Virus record (IMG/VR): IMGVR_UViG_3300042549_001103
Location: 1-61,630 of that record
Strand: one strand, 5' to 3'
Source: a virus
Lineage: Duplodnaviria > Caudoviricetes
Length of the DNA: 61,630 bases
The notes under the pieces were generated by a model, which searched no databases, was not told the DNA's origin, and saw nothing but the letters and a program-made list of their open reading frames with translations. This document shows, piece after piece, positions 9,756 to 20,225 of the stretch (the stretch's first letter is position 1; each line of letters begins with the position of its first letter). A program made the position numbers and the translations under genes.

Positions 9756-12700
9756 ATGCCGATCTATTCAATTGAAGGCCCTGATAAACGTATTTATGAC
9801 ATTGAGGGCCCTGAAGGGGCATCTGAACAAGATCTAATTTCCGCTGCGCAGCAATACGCTAAACAGACGCAGAGGCAGGAAAGAGACGAGCGTAGCGCAA
9901 AAGAACTAGCCGAAGCCGACGCTGCCGCGGTAAAAGCAAGAGAAGAGCTAAGTAAGCCAATACCAGAAGGTGGTTTTAAAGCCGCCGCTCGTGCCAGTCT
10001 TGAGCGTGTGCAGGGTGACATTGCTGGTGTTGCTGGACGTGCCGGTGCTGTTGATATTGATACAGCTGAGAAGTTTAAAACCGAAAAAGAAAAACGTGCT
10101 GGGGAGATTTTCCAAGGCACGGAAGATGGTTGGCTAGAATCCCCATGGACTAAATTTAAAGAGACGTTGGGTAGCTCGGTTGGCTACATGGCTGCTCCTA
10201 TTGTCGCTGGTGGCGTGGCTACGCTTGCTGGTGCGTCTGCCCCTATTTCACTCACCGCTGCTGGCTTGGCGTCACTTGCTCAGTTCACGGGTTCAAACCT
10301 GTCTAGGCAGATGCAAGAAAAGGGTCTTGGCTTAGCTGATACCGATCTACTGTCTGCGGGTGCTGCGGCTATCCCTCAAGCGGCACTGGACGTGGTGTCT
10401 TTTAGAATGCTGCCCGGTATTAACCGCATCTTTAAATCTGCTGGTAAAGAGTTATCAGAAGACCAACTTAAAGCTATCGCTCAACGCAACCTGCTAACGA
10501 ACGTAGGTATGAGTGGCGGTAAGATTGCCGGTGTCGAGGGTCTGACTGAAGTTGGTCAACAATTCCTTGAACGCTTACAAGCAGGCATCAGCACAACCGA
10601 TGCAGAAGCACGGGATGAATATTTAGAAAGCCTGATTGGTGGTGCGGTACTCGGTGGCGCTTTCGGCGGTGTAAGTGGTATTGGTGCGCGTGGTCGTGCA
10701 CGGTCAAAGTTAGAAGGTATTGAATCTAGACGTGCAGCGGAGGAAGAAGCTGCTGGTATTACCCCACAATACACAGGGCAAGGGGAGATGTTCCCCACAG
10801 AGTTACAGCAAGCTCAAGAAACTATTGCAGGTATACAAGGCCCTGCTGCACCAGAAGTAACTACTCCCGAACTCACCACTACCCCTGCTGGTGTTGCACC
10901 GGGACAAGGTGAATTATTTGGCCCTGCGTCTGGTGCCCAGCCTGATTTGTTTGGGGATACAATCCCTGCGCGTCAGGAACAGATAGAAGTTGACCCTTTT
11001 GAAGTAAGAGTCAAAGAGTTAACCGAAGAATTCATCGCTGCGGGAGTGCCCCCAAAACAAGCTGCAGTTGTTGCATTCCAACAAGCGCGTAATGAATCTC
11101 GGGATGACACACTCGCCACCATGCAAAGTGGGGTAGGGGCAGATCCTAGACAAGGCGCATTACAGTTTGCGCCCGCCGCACCGGAATCGGTTGCAAGTAA
11201 TCAGCCAATTACCCCCATGCAACGGGAAATGGGTTTTACTGCCGCGGAGTCCCAGCGCGAAGCACAAAAGCAAGCCCAGATAGAACAAATTGCGCGTCAG
11301 GCACAAATTCAAAACCAGCTACAACTTGCCGAAACCGACCTACAAGCTGCGGGGATTACGCCTGCTGCACCTACAGCGTTTCCTGCCGCACGTCAGGGGC
11401 AACCTACCCAACCTCAACAGATTGATTTGTTTAAGCGTGGTGAAGCCCCTAAGCCTTCACGCGGTGAGATGCTTCGTGCAGGAGTTGCACTTGAATCAGA
11501 AGTACCAGCACCTAGTCAACCTGCGGCTCTTATTACTGAAGAATCACTCGATGTACTCAAGCTACCAAAAGCAGCGGCGTTGCGTAAGCGGTTATTGGGT
11601 AAAGACATGAACGATCCGGCGCAGAGCCAGCAAGTCAACACTGAACTTCGTGCTGCACTGCAAAACCCCAACCTGCCGGACGATACTAGACAAGCAATTA
11701 AAGATGTGCTTCAGCAGTCAGAATTTACACGTCAAGACGAGATATTTGGCCCGCGTGGTGGTGTATTACCTCAACCTAAATCCTCAGCACAGGGAGCGCA
11801 AGATGCTAATCAGCGACCTACCCCTAAGCCACCCGCTCAGCCCGGAACAAGTCAGCCGCCTGTGGGAGTGGGTGGTGTGGGCGTCGGCACAGGAGCCGCA
11901 GGAAAGACTGGTACCGGAGGAGTTTCAGGAACTGGAAAGCGAGGATTGGCTGATACTGGTGGGGGAGCTAAATCTGACGCTGCTGGAGCAAAAGGTAAGC
12001 CCGCTACAGTAAGTAAAAAAGACGCCTACGCCGAAGGAGTTCAGTCAGCCAAAGACGGTCAATCCGCGCTAGGTAGCCCTTATCCTGAAGGTACTGCTGA
12101 GCATGAAGAATTTAGTAAAGGTTATTTAGATACTAAATACCCTAGCTCGAAAGCCAAACCAAAAACCGAAGCTAAGAAAGAAGCGCCTAAGAAACCCGAA
12201 GCTAAGAAAGAAGCGCCCAAAGCTCCGGTAGACCCGATTGCCGCACTGGTGCAACAGACTCAAGCAGCGATAGATAAGGCACCGAAGAAAGAAACTACGG
12301 AAGCAGCACCGGTAGCAGCTAAAGGGAAACCAGTTAGCGCGTTTGATGCGCCAATTGATGGAACTGTTAAACCACTTCCTAAAAACGAAAAGTTCGACCC
12401 TCTCATCAACACCGAAAGCGACAAAATTACTCCTCCGCTATCCGCTGCGGTGGAAAAGCTTCTTCGTGCGGGTGATCTTGTCGGTGCGCTGCGTGCGTAT
12501 GCCAAAGAGACTAGGGGTGTAGCTGGGCGTATCGCGATGCTCTTGTCTTCTGTTCTTGGTACTACGAAAGTATTTGTAGTCTCTGATGCCCAACTGAAAA
12601 AGATTATTAAAGATCGCACTGGTGTAGACGCAAATAAAACGGAAGGCGCGTACTTTTACCAAGGTAATGAAATCTTTATCAACGCTGATATTGGTCTAGA

Positions 12701-15700
12701 TGGGCATACGTTGCTACATGAGGCTGTACATGCTGCGACCAAACGGATACTCAGTAACCCAAACCATCCTGTTACTAAACAACTGACTAAGTTGTTTGAC
12801 GACGTAAAAGACAAGCTCGGTAAAGCCTACGGTGCCAAAAGTCTTGATGAATTTGTTGCTGAAGCTTTCGGCAACATGGAGTTCCGTACCGAGCTAGATA
12901 CTATCACGCCATCTGGTCAGCGTATTTCTGCACTGGCGCGGTTCGGTAACATCATTAGCAACATGGTACGCCGCCTTGTCGGTGCACAGCCTAAAGCGTT
13001 GGGTTCGGTAATGGACGAAACCGACCGGCTGATTGCATCTATTATTTCCCCTGCACCAGATGCGGTGTTGGGCATGGGGTACGAGCCTGTTGCGTTCTTG
13101 AACACTGCCGGTAAAGTTAATAAAGCACTCCCCGCGTTTACTGAGCGCACAGTAGATAGCTTCCATAAAGTGTTTACTAGCAGTGTGCCTGACTGGGTAA
13201 AGAAAGCGTTGCGCATGTCGCTGCCAAGTAACGCGCTCGAAGACATTGCTGTTAAGTATTTGCCCGAAGCTCCTGAGTATGAGAAGTTAATTAACGCACG
13301 TAGTGGTGCAGAGCAGAAACTCACAAAGGCGGTCAACGCCTCTCTTACTCGCGCCGAGCAGTGGGCTGCAAAGCAACCACAAGCCAAGATCGACAACTTT
13401 AACAACGTCGTAAACTCCAGTACGCTCAAGCAGGTAGATCCTAGTAAGCCAATGTCAGCGTATGAGAAGGACGCGGAGAAGCTTAAAGCGTGGAAAGAGC
13501 TAGAGCCTAAATGGAAAGCTCTCGGTGTTGATGGGCAAAAGATGTACACCGACTTACGTGACTCGTACAAAACTCTGTATGACAAGATTGCTGATCTACT
13601 TAAAGTCAAGATGGACGGCGAGATGGGTAGTGCCGGTGCCGCAAAAGCCGTTAATGATGCACTGCGCAAAATCATGGACAACGCTGGCAAGATAGAGCCG
13701 TACTTCCCGTTGACCCGTGTGGGTGATTTTTGGTTGGAGTACAACGCACTTGCCCCGGACGGTAAATCTACAGAGAAGTATGTAGAATCGTTTGAGACTC
13801 CCCGTGCCCGTGCCCGTGCTATAGAGGAACTGAAAAAAGATTCTAGCGTAAAAAATATTACGCCGTTCGCTAAGCCGACAATGAAGACTTACCGTAACGC
13901 ACCTAGCGGTTCGTTTATGAGTAGTGTGCTGCAGACCCTAGAGCTAAACAAAGTATCAGACACGACTACCGAAGAGATTATGAATCTGTTCTTAAACGTG
14001 ATGCCTGAGACAGCGTTTGCTCAATCATTTCGGCAACGTGAGGGTGTGTTAGGATTTAACGCAGATGCTATAAGCGCCATGCGTTTGCGCACTCCTGCTA
14101 TCGGGCGTCAGCTAGTGAACCTAGAGTACGGTGCTAAGTTGTCCCGCCTTAATTCTAAGATGCAAGAGTCGGCTAAAGCCAGTAGAGATGACACCGCGAA
14201 AGCGTTTGCGGCTGAGTACGATAAGCGCATTCAGTTAGCAAATAGTCCAGATAACCCAGCATGGTCGCAAGTTAGTAAGACGTTTGCTTTCGGTATGACC
14301 CTCGGGTTTAACGTCTCTTCCGCACTGGTTAACGTAACGCAAATACCACTGGTCGTTATGCCCTATCTGGGTGGTAAATACGGATACGGAGATACTGCTT
14401 CTGCGATAGCTCGTGCAACGCGTGTGTTTATGGGTAGTGGTTTTAGCCGGACAGATAAAGACTTGTTAGGGCAAGATACTGAAGCGCGCGCAGCACCATC
14501 GTTGGAGAACATCGACTTCAGTAAAGCCCCTGCAAAGATGAAACACTACGCAACACTAGCACGACTCGCTGGTGATAACGGTGTGTTTGGTCGCTCGTTA
14601 ACACAGGACATACTGAACGTCGATGGTAGCGTACCCTTACTTGACAAAGTAAATGCGGTGTCTGGGTTTGTGTTTCACCACGGTGAGCGCATGAACCGAC
14701 AGATCGGTATGATCGCAACGTACGACCTCGAACTCAAGCGTATGAAAGATAAGCCTACCGCTCCTGAGAAAGGTATGAATGAGGCTCAGAGGGAAGAAGC
14801 TGCAGCGATAAACGCTATTAATATGACCAACCTGCTTAACGGCAGCTCGTCTACCGCCGGTGCGCCACGTATCGCACAGAACGCGCTTGGTTCGGTTGCG
14901 CTTATGTATAAACGTTACGGCGTGTCTATGTACTACATGATGTTTAAGACAGCACGTGAAGCGTTGAAGTCTCAGGATTCAAAGGTACGAAAAGCCGCGA
15001 TGTTACAGATAGGAGGTATTTTTGGTTCAGCTGCGTTGATCGCCGGAGTGCGTGGCGTACCTATGTTTGGTGTAGCTGCACTTTTATACGACATGGCTAA
15101 AGACGATGACGAAGATGATTTCCGCACGGTCGTAAACAAGTGGGTCGGTGCCACCGCGTACAGTGGTGGGTTAAACGCCATAACTGGACTTGAGATTGGT
15201 TCGCGTGTTGGGTTAAGTGATTTGCTCTTCCGTGACAACAACTCAAAACCTGACCAGTCCACGATCCTATCCATGGTTGAGATGCTTGGAGGCCCTGCAC
15301 TGGGTATTGGATTACGCGCCGAGCGGGGTATAAAGATGATTAACGATGGGGAAGTCTCCCGTGGTATCGAGCAGATGTTACCCGCTGCATTCGGTAACGG
15401 ACTTAAAGCTTTGCGTTACGCCACCGAGGGTGCTACCACTGTGCGTGGTGATCCAATTATGGATGAGGTTAGCGCATGGAACGTTGCGGGTCAGGCGTTT
15501 GGTTTTGCACCTGCCGAATACACTCGACAGCTTGAGATTAACGCTAATGAGAAGGGTAAGGATAAAGCCACAACAGAAGCTAGAACTAAACTCTTGCGTA
15601 AGTTCTACACTGCTACACGCTTAGGTGATTCTTCAGAAGCACAGGATGTCATGGAAGATATTGTGAAGTTTAATTCCAAGCATCCGTCGATTGCGATCAC

Positions 15701-15830
15701 TGGGTCAACAATTAAAGACTCTATGAAAAAACACGCTCAAACATCTATGATGATGCAAAAGGGTGTGGTCTACAACAAGAAGCGGTACTCCGAAGTGATG
15801 CAGAGTCTGTCAGAGTTTAACGAGGATTAA
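9756..15830 (+). CDS. Giant internal virion protein (large polyvalent protein-like) with zincin-like HExxH domain
   Basis: 2024 aa; TLLHEAVHAAT...EFVAEAF metallopeptidase-like region; last gene of the late arm; RBS aggag. Confidence 0.7.
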   Translation: MPIYSIEGPDKRIYDIEGPEGASEQDLISAAQQYAKQTQRQERDERSAKELAEADAAAVKAREELSKPIPEGGFKAAARASLERVQGDIAGVAGRAGAVDIDTAEKFKTEKEKRAGEIFQGTEDGWLESPWTKFKETLGSSVGYMAAPIVAGGVATLAGASAPISLTAAGLASLAQFTGSNLSRQMQEKGLGLADTDLLSAGAAAIPQAALDVVSFRMLPGINRIFKSAGKELSEDQLKAIAQRNLLTNVGMSGGKIAGVEGLTEVGQQFLERLQAGISTTDAEARDEYLESLIGGAVLGGAFGGVSGIGARGRARSKLEGIESRRAAEEEAAGITPQYTGQGEMFPTELQQAQETIAGIQGPAAPEVTTPELTTTPAGVAPGQGELFGPASGAQPDLFGDTIPARQEQIEVDPFEVRVKELTEEFIAAGVPPKQAAVVAFQQARNESRDDTLATMQSGVGADPRQGALQFAPAAPESVASNQPITPMQREMGFTAAESQREAQKQAQIEQIARQAQIQNQLQLAETDLQAAGITPAAPTAFPAARQGQPTQPQQIDLFKRGEAPKPSRGEMLRAGVALESEVPAPSQPAALITEESLDVLKLPKAAALRKRLLGKDMNDPAQSQQVNTELRAALQNPNLPDDTRQAIKDVLQQSEFTRQDEIFGPRGGVLPQPKSSAQGAQDANQRPTPKPPAQPGTSQPPVGVGGVGVGTGAAGKTGTGGVSGTGKRGLADTGGGAKSDAAGAKGKPATVSKKDAYAEGVQSAKDGQSALGSPYPEGTAEHEEFSKGYLDTKYPSSKAKPKTEAKKEAPKKPEAKKEAPKAPVDPIAALVQQTQAAIDKAPKKETTEAAPVAAKGKPVSAFDAPIDGTVKPLPKNEKFDPLINTESDKITPPLSAAVEKLLRAGDLVGALRAYAKETRGVAGRIAMLLSSVLGTTKVFVVSDAQLKKIIKDRTGVDANKTEGAYFYQGNEIFINADIGLDGHTLLHEAVHAATKRILSNPNHPVTKQLTKLFDDVKDKLGKAYGAKSLDEFVAEAFGNMEFRTELDTITPSGQRISALARFGNIISNMVRRLVGAQPKALGSVMDETDRLIASIISPAPDAVLGMGYEPVAFLNTAGKVNKALPAFTERTVDSFHKVFTSSVPDWVKKALRMSLPSNALEDIAVKYLPEAPEYEKLINARSGAEQKLTKAVNASLTRAEQWAAKQPQAKIDNFNNVVNSSTLKQVDPSKPMSAYEKDAEKLKAWKELEPKWKALGVDGQKMYTDLRDSYKTLYDKIADLLKVKMDGEMGSAGAAKAVNDALRKIMDNAGKIEPYFPLTRVGDFWLEYNALAPDGKSTEKYVESFETPRARARAIEELKKDSSVKNITPFAKPTMKTYRNAPSGSFMSSVLQTLELNKVSDTTTEEIMNLFLNVMPETAFAQSFRQREGVLGFNADAISAMRLRTPAIGRQLVNLEYGAKLSRLNSKMQESAKASRDDTAKAFAAEYDKRIQLANSPDNPAWSQVSKTFAFGMTLGFNVSSALVNVTQIPLVVMPYLGGKYGYGDTASAIARATRVFMGSGFSRTDKDLLGQDTEARAAPSLENIDFSKAPAKMKHYATLARLAGDNGVFGRSLTQDILNVDGSVPLLDKVNAVSGFVFHHGERMNRQIGMIATYDLELKRMKDKPTAPEKGMNEAQREEAAAINAINMTNLLNGSSSTAGAPRIAQNALGSVALMYKRYGVSMYYMMFKTAREALKSQDSKVRKAAMLQIGGIFGSAALIAGVRGVPMFGVAALLYDMAKDDDEDDFRTVVNKWVGATAYSGGLNAITGLEIGSRVGLSDLLFRDNNSKPDQSTILSMVEMLGGPALGIGLRAERGIKMINDGEVSRGIEQMLPAAFGNGLKALRYATEGATTVRGDPIMDEVSAWNVAGQAFGFAPAEYTRQLEINANEKGKDKATTEARTKLLRKFYTATRLGDSSEAQDVMEDIVKFNSKHPSIAITGSTIKDSMKKHAQTSMMMQKGVVYNKKRYSEVMQSLSEFNED

Positions 15831-15861
15831 AAAAACCCCCCGGGGACAAACCGAGGGGCTA
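15829..15861 (-). terminator. Rho-independent terminator at the convergence of the two arms
   Basis: Minus strand: agcccctcgg-tttgtcc-ccgggggg followed by a T-run. Confidence 0.7.
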
Positions 15862-15915
15862 AGGGACAACTAAGGAGAACAAGTAACGGACAAGGCCACT
15901 TGTGCTTGTATTTTA

Positions 15916-16182
15916 TCACAGCAATCTCCAGAAACGTACCCCCCAGCGCTTGTCTTCAATACGCTCCACAGCGGTAAGCTTCCACCCTTGCTCCTGCGCT
16001 ATCGCATACATCTGGTGCTTTAACTTAGCCGTGTTGATAGCAGGCACAAACAAAGACGAACCAACAAGAAAAGTACCCCAGTCAACGTGCATTTGTACGC
16101 CATCTGGGGCGATGACTTTACTCGTCGGTTGATTCCTTAAGAACGGGTGCCGCGTTAACGTAAGAACTTTCTTTGTCGTCAT
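15916..16182 (-). CDS. Hypothetical protein
   Basis: 88 aa overlapping the primase end; GSSLFVP...GVRFWR. Confidence 0.6.
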   Translation of the reverse strand: MTTKKVLTLTRHPFLRNQPTSKVIAPDGVQMHVDWGTFLVGSSLFVPAINTAKLKHQMYAIAQEQGWKLTAVERIEDKRWGVRFWRLL

Positions 16183-18958
16183 CCATGAAATCCGTAAAGT
16201 CTAATAACCATACATCGGCAGCGGGCAAATTCACGTGTGTACCCTTACCCATACGCTGCTTAGCTTTTTGAGCTTTCATACGTCCGGTTCTAAGGCTATC
16301 GGTAAACGCGTTGTAATTAATCTGCTGCTTAACGCACCAAGACTTAAGAGGTTTGACTATTAAGAACATCTTCTTTACGTCGTACTCGTACCGACCAATC
16401 ATAGCACCACGTGGGATGGCATCAGGGATGTTAATGTCCTTACGCAGATCCTGAGTACTCTTGATGCGTAAAACGTTGTTGTAGTTCTCAGCCAAGTAAT
16501 CACTTAGGATGCTTTCGGTATCGCCCGCCATTGTTTCCATCTCAACGTTTGAGTCTTGCATAGTGCGAATAATCCACCGGAATAATGCTGCGGTATCGTA
16601 CTGTGTAAGATTTAACTTGTTGGCAAGAATCAATCCGGTCAACGCCGACGCCGCTTGTGCAGACCAATAACGATTTTCAGCCTTCAATCCCGCTGCGACG
16701 TCGATTCGTTTCTGTGTAGCCTTCAGTAGTTCACCTACTTCATCTACGTTGTTCATCACGTACTGCACAAATATAGGCCCTGCATGACCGTAGTGATCCT
16801 TGATGTCGCTACTGAATTCGTCGGTTTCGGACTTAGTTGGGAACACAATCTTCGGTGCGCGGTGCGATAGAACCCGTTGCGCTTCAGCTTTTGGGAGTGC
16901 CTTATACGTTGAGATACGCTCAAGCATATCGGTGTTGCCGTTAGTCGCGCAGTTGTTCTTCCATGGCATACCACGCAGACGCTCGACGTTACTTTTGACA
17001 GACATCCGGTTGCGCTGAAACCCACTTGGAATTTGATAAACAAAGTCACTCAAATCTTTCGGTGCGGTGTTAGTCATCTCGTCAAAGAAGCACGGTAGGT
17101 TTTTCATTACCTCCATACGGTTCATCTTCGAGTTCATTGTGTCGCGCTCGTTCATCACGAGGATTTCTGGATCGCCCCATACCGATGCACCTGCGTACAT
17201 GGCAGTGGATTTTCCTAAGCCGCTATCCTTACTGTGCAAGTGAAACACGGAACTATTAAGCGGCAGATATTGAATCAATACCGAACCGAACGAGAGCCCC
17301 ATCATGTATTGATGCACTTCAAAACCCGGACGATTGTAGAAGTTCGCCGTCTTAGCCCACCCTTCCAATGTTCCTTTCGGTGCGAACGCAGGGAATAACC
17401 CAAGCGTACTACTAGAAGGTGGATTGACTTCAACTCGGTCTTTAAATATTTCAGTACCACCAAGCACAAAGGATGATAAGTTATCATCCGTCCACCCAAA
17501 CTGGCGTCGTGCTTCAGCAGCGGTTGTAGTCATTTGTAGGTCGTTGACCCATTTAGAAACGTAATTCATAAGCTCATCCATTTTAATTAAACCAACACCC
17601 TGCATAGCCATATAACGCCGAAATTCTTCCTTAGCGTAGATTGCTGTTAGTGGTACCGTGAACTGTCGCACCCCATCTTTCGGGAGGTGTAGCCGCATAA
17701 CAACCGCTTCGCCTATTTCAGGATCGCGGAGTCTGTTTACAACGTATAAATCATTGTGATACACAGGTACTTCAATTTCTTCGTCTTCCTTACGTACAAC
17801 TTTAAATATGCCCCCATTGACACCCCGACGATATGGCTCAGGGTATTTGGGGATAAGAAACTTCTGCAGGGGAGCGCTTGGTAGATCGAGTACTTTCTCT
17901 TCTACTTCTACGGGTTCCTCTGATACTTCCAACTCACGCCCAAGTGTGATCGGGCTTTTAAACTTACCTTTGTTTACACAGTCTCCACATATACCGGGGT
18001 TGTATCCGTTAAACGTCTCACACGTGTAAGGCCCTCGTATAGCATCTGCTTTGCGCTCCGTCGAATCCGGTGAGTAGTCTGGGTGCTTAGAAGATATTTT
18101 ATGTACAGCTTTATCACGATCAACACAGAAGGCAGCGATGGATAATCCTGCTCTCCACATTGGTTCCGGCATTGTGGTCTGATTCTCATAAACCCACTTC
18201 AACTGATTACAGCCCTTACCGTCAATGGTCTTGAGCATGATCGTCTTAAACCGACTACGAAAGCTCCCCATCATCTGGTCAAGTACTGGATCAGGCCCTC
18301 GTGGGGTAAACGACTTCTTACGTAAGAACGAACCCGCGCCAAGCAAATCTCGAAACGTCTCGAACTCTACTACTGGTGCAATTTCCCCAATAAACTCCAC
18401 GAAACGTGGTGGTGTATCTTTATGGTTATGTGTACCCGGCACACGTAACACCCGTGCCGAATCGGACGTAACAGCGGGGTCAGCCCGCAGTCCATGTTCC
18501 GTGCAAAGTTCTTTTAGTCGCTCGGCAACAGGCACCCATGTCTCACGTAAAACAGGTTCAGCCAATGCCCAATATACGTGTATACCACGACCTGAATTAA
18601 TAAGCGTAGGTTTTGGTAACTTAAGTTCTTTACAGAAAGCCCGCAGACCTGTCAGCGCAGCCGACTGTGTATCGTAGTCTTTGTTTGCACCGCAATCTAG
18701 ATCTAAAAAGAACGAACGTAATTGATGCACATTATTGTTGCGTCGTGAGCCGGATTCTACAAAAGTAGCAAGCGCAAAGTAAGCGTTACGTCCTGTGGTA
18801 TCAAACGCTTGCGCACTGTCTATGGCATCACTCAAATCTGTATAGAATTTTTGTTTTACGTCTGGGTCACGTTTTTCTCCATGTAGTTCTTCTATTCCGG
18901 TAACGCAGTAAAATCCCTCGTCACCAAGTATTGTCCTAAGAAATCTCTTTGTGTCCAT
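16118..18958 (-). CDS. Primase-helicase (AEP/RepB-like primase plus DUF927-type helicase region)
   Basis: FFLDLD, SGRGIHVYW and RVLRVPGT primase motifs; PYTC...CGDC; Walker A SGLGKS; FFDE Walker B. Confidence 0.85.
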   Translation of the reverse strand: MDTKRFLRTILGDEGFYCVTGIEELHGEKRDPDVKQKFYTDLSDAIDSAQAFDTTGRNAYFALATFVESGSRRNNNVHQLRSFFLDLDCGANKDYDTQSAALTGLRAFCKELKLPKPTLINSGRGIHVYWALAEPVLRETWVPVAERLKELCTEHGLRADPAVTSDSARVLRVPGTHNHKDTPPRFVEFIGEIAPVVEFETFRDLLGAGSFLRKKSFTPRGPDPVLDQMMGSFRSRFKTIMLKTIDGKGCNQLKWVYENQTTMPEPMWRAGLSIAAFCVDRDKAVHKISSKHPDYSPDSTERKADAIRGPYTCETFNGYNPGICGDCVNKGKFKSPITLGRELEVSEEPVEVEEKVLDLPSAPLQKFLIPKYPEPYRRGVNGGIFKVVRKEDEEIEVPVYHNDLYVVNRLRDPEIGEAVVMRLHLPKDGVRQFTVPLTAIYAKEEFRRYMAMQGVGLIKMDELMNYVSKWVNDLQMTTTAAEARRQFGWTDDNLSSFVLGGTEIFKDRVEVNPPSSSTLGLFPAFAPKGTLEGWAKTANFYNRPGFEVHQYMMGLSFGSVLIQYLPLNSSVFHLHSKDSGLGKSTAMYAGASVWGDPEILVMNERDTMNSKMNRMEVMKNLPCFFDEMTNTAPKDLSDFVYQIPSGFQRNRMSVKSNVERLRGMPWKNNCATNGNTDMLERISTYKALPKAEAQRVLSHRAPKIVFPTKSETDEFSSDIKDHYGHAGPIFVQYVMNNVDEVGELLKATQKRIDVAAGLKAENRYWSAQAASALTGLILANKLNLTQYDTAALFRWIIRTMQDSNVEMETMAGDTESILSDYLAENYNNVLRIKSTQDLRKDINIPDAIPRGAMIGRYEYDVKKMFLIVKPLKSWCVKQQINYNAFTDSLRTGRMKAQKAKQRMGKGTHVNLPAADVWLLDFTDFMDDDKESSYVNAAPVLKESTDE

Positions 18959-18988
18959 AGCTGCGCCCGCCTGTCATTGTAAAAGTGT

Positions 18989-19030
18989 GGGGTACTCGCT
19001 GCACCGTGTGACGGCATCCGCTTTCCCCCC
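18989..19030 (-). ncRNA. Candidate structured RNA hairpin with GAA/AGUA (loop E-like) internal loop
   Basis: Minus strand GGGG-GAA-AGCGGAUGCCGU-CAC-ACGGUGCAGCG-AGUA-CCCC, lying between the SSB and primase genes. Confidence 0.4.
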
Positions 19031-19039
19031 TAGGGATAC

Positions 19040-19942
19040 TTAATCGTCCCAATCACCCACAATGTCAGCAAGCTCAGCTTTATCTTCTACAGGTGCAGCC
19101 GTTTTCTTGACCATCTTTTTAGGCTCAGCAACAGGCTCTTCGGCTTCAGCTTTCGGAGCTTCAAGTTTAGGAGCAGCTTTCTTCTCAAACAGGTCAGCTT
19201 TCGGTGCAGGGATTACACCATCCATCTGTGACACGTTAAGTGTGATGGCTTTGATCGTATCGGGGTGGTCACGCATTTCCAATACAACTTCGATCTCGCT
19301 ATCTTCCAAACGACGCACAGGCTTGAACGTCAGTTTCGGCGTTGCACTTGCGGTGTCAAAACGCATCTCGGTCACGATACCTGCGGGGGCTTCGCCGTGC
19401 GCTTTGAGGTGACGTCCGTATGCCTGTAAGGGCATCTTGTTCTTATCACCTTCGCCGAACACAGACATACCGGGCAGTGTGACTTGATATACTTCACGCT
19501 TGTCAATCTCACCTTCAATCTGCACAGCAATACGCTGTTGGAATCGGCACGCGCGGCCCTCACCACCACTGCTCGAACCCTTGATGTTTTGTTTACAGTC
19601 AAGGCACCGTGATGCTTGGCGCTGGTCTTCTGGTACGGAGGTATCAGGTTTCTGTGTGTCGGACGACCAGCAAGTAGGCTTAGTAACTTCACCTTCGCTA
19701 TACGTACCTGCAAAGTACATACGTGATACCGGTGCAGCGTTAACGATCACCACGTTCATCGAACGCTCTTCCGATACTCGGTATTCTTTACCGCCGATCA
19801 TCTCGCGAAATACTCCGCCTTTAATCGACATGCGGCGGCTACCACCGGACATACTGCCACCAGAAAGGGTGTCGGACAAAGAGTCCTGCAGTTGTGAGGC
19901 CAAAGCCGATTTTGTACCACCAAACAAAGTCATAGCAGTCAT
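19040..19942 (-). CDS. Putative single-stranded DNA-binding protein
   Basis: 300 aa; acidic/aromatic C-terminus (DIVGDWDD); CxxC; replication-module position. Confidence 0.6.
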   Translation of the reverse strand: MTAMTLFGGTKSALASQLQDSLSDTLSGGSMSGGSRRMSIKGGVFREMIGGKEYRVSEERSMNVVIVNAAPVSRMYFAGTYSEGEVTKPTCWSSDTQKPDTSVPEDQRQASRCLDCKQNIKGSSSGGEGRACRFQQRIAVQIEGEIDKREVYQVTLPGMSVFGEGDKNKMPLQAYGRHLKAHGEAPAGIVTEMRFDTASATPKLTFKPVRRLEDSEIEVVLEMRDHPDTIKAITLNVSQMDGVIPAPKADLFEKKAAPKLEAPKAEAEEPVAEPKKMVKKTAAPVEDKAELADIVGDWDD

Positions 19943-19952
19943 TTACTTCTCC

Positions 19953-20225
19953 TTAGATGTCATCATCAGGGTTGAAATTCAGCTCAAGCTGAACGGGGGC
20001 AGGGATGTTGCTGACTGGTGCTTCATCCACTGGTTTTACTTCTTCATCAGGTATTGCTGTCAGGGCATCTACGATAGCAGGAATATTGAACCTGTACGTA
20101 TTACCGACCTTAATATATGTACTCTTAGGGATTTTCCCTAGTCGTACCCAACCACGAATGCACGATACGGTTACGGTAAAATGCTCCGCGACTTTCTCGA
20201 CTGGTACTAACGGCGTCTGTGTCAT
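19953..20225 (-). CDS. Excisionase/MerR-like HTH DNA-binding protein
   Basis: VEKVAEHFTVTVSCIRGWVRLGKIP...KVGNTYRF. Confidence 0.75.
   Translation of the reverse strand: MTQTPLVPVEKVAEHFTVTVSCIRGWVRLGKIPKSTYIKVGNTYRFNIPAIVDALTAIPDEEVKPVDEAPVSNIPAPVQLELNFNPDDDI

Noticed and set aside
12917-13744. 275-aa antisense ORF (and similar ones such as 39323-39952 and 19500-20141)
   Set aside because: Shadow ORFs opposite well-supported genes
9756-15830. Virion RNA polymerase (N4-like) explaining the hairpin-like palindromes
   Set aside because: No RNA polymerase catalytic motifs recognised, and the early genes have host sigma70 promoters
19953-20225. Excisionase implying an integration module
   Set aside because: No integrase or att-like context seen; such HTH genes are common in replication operons
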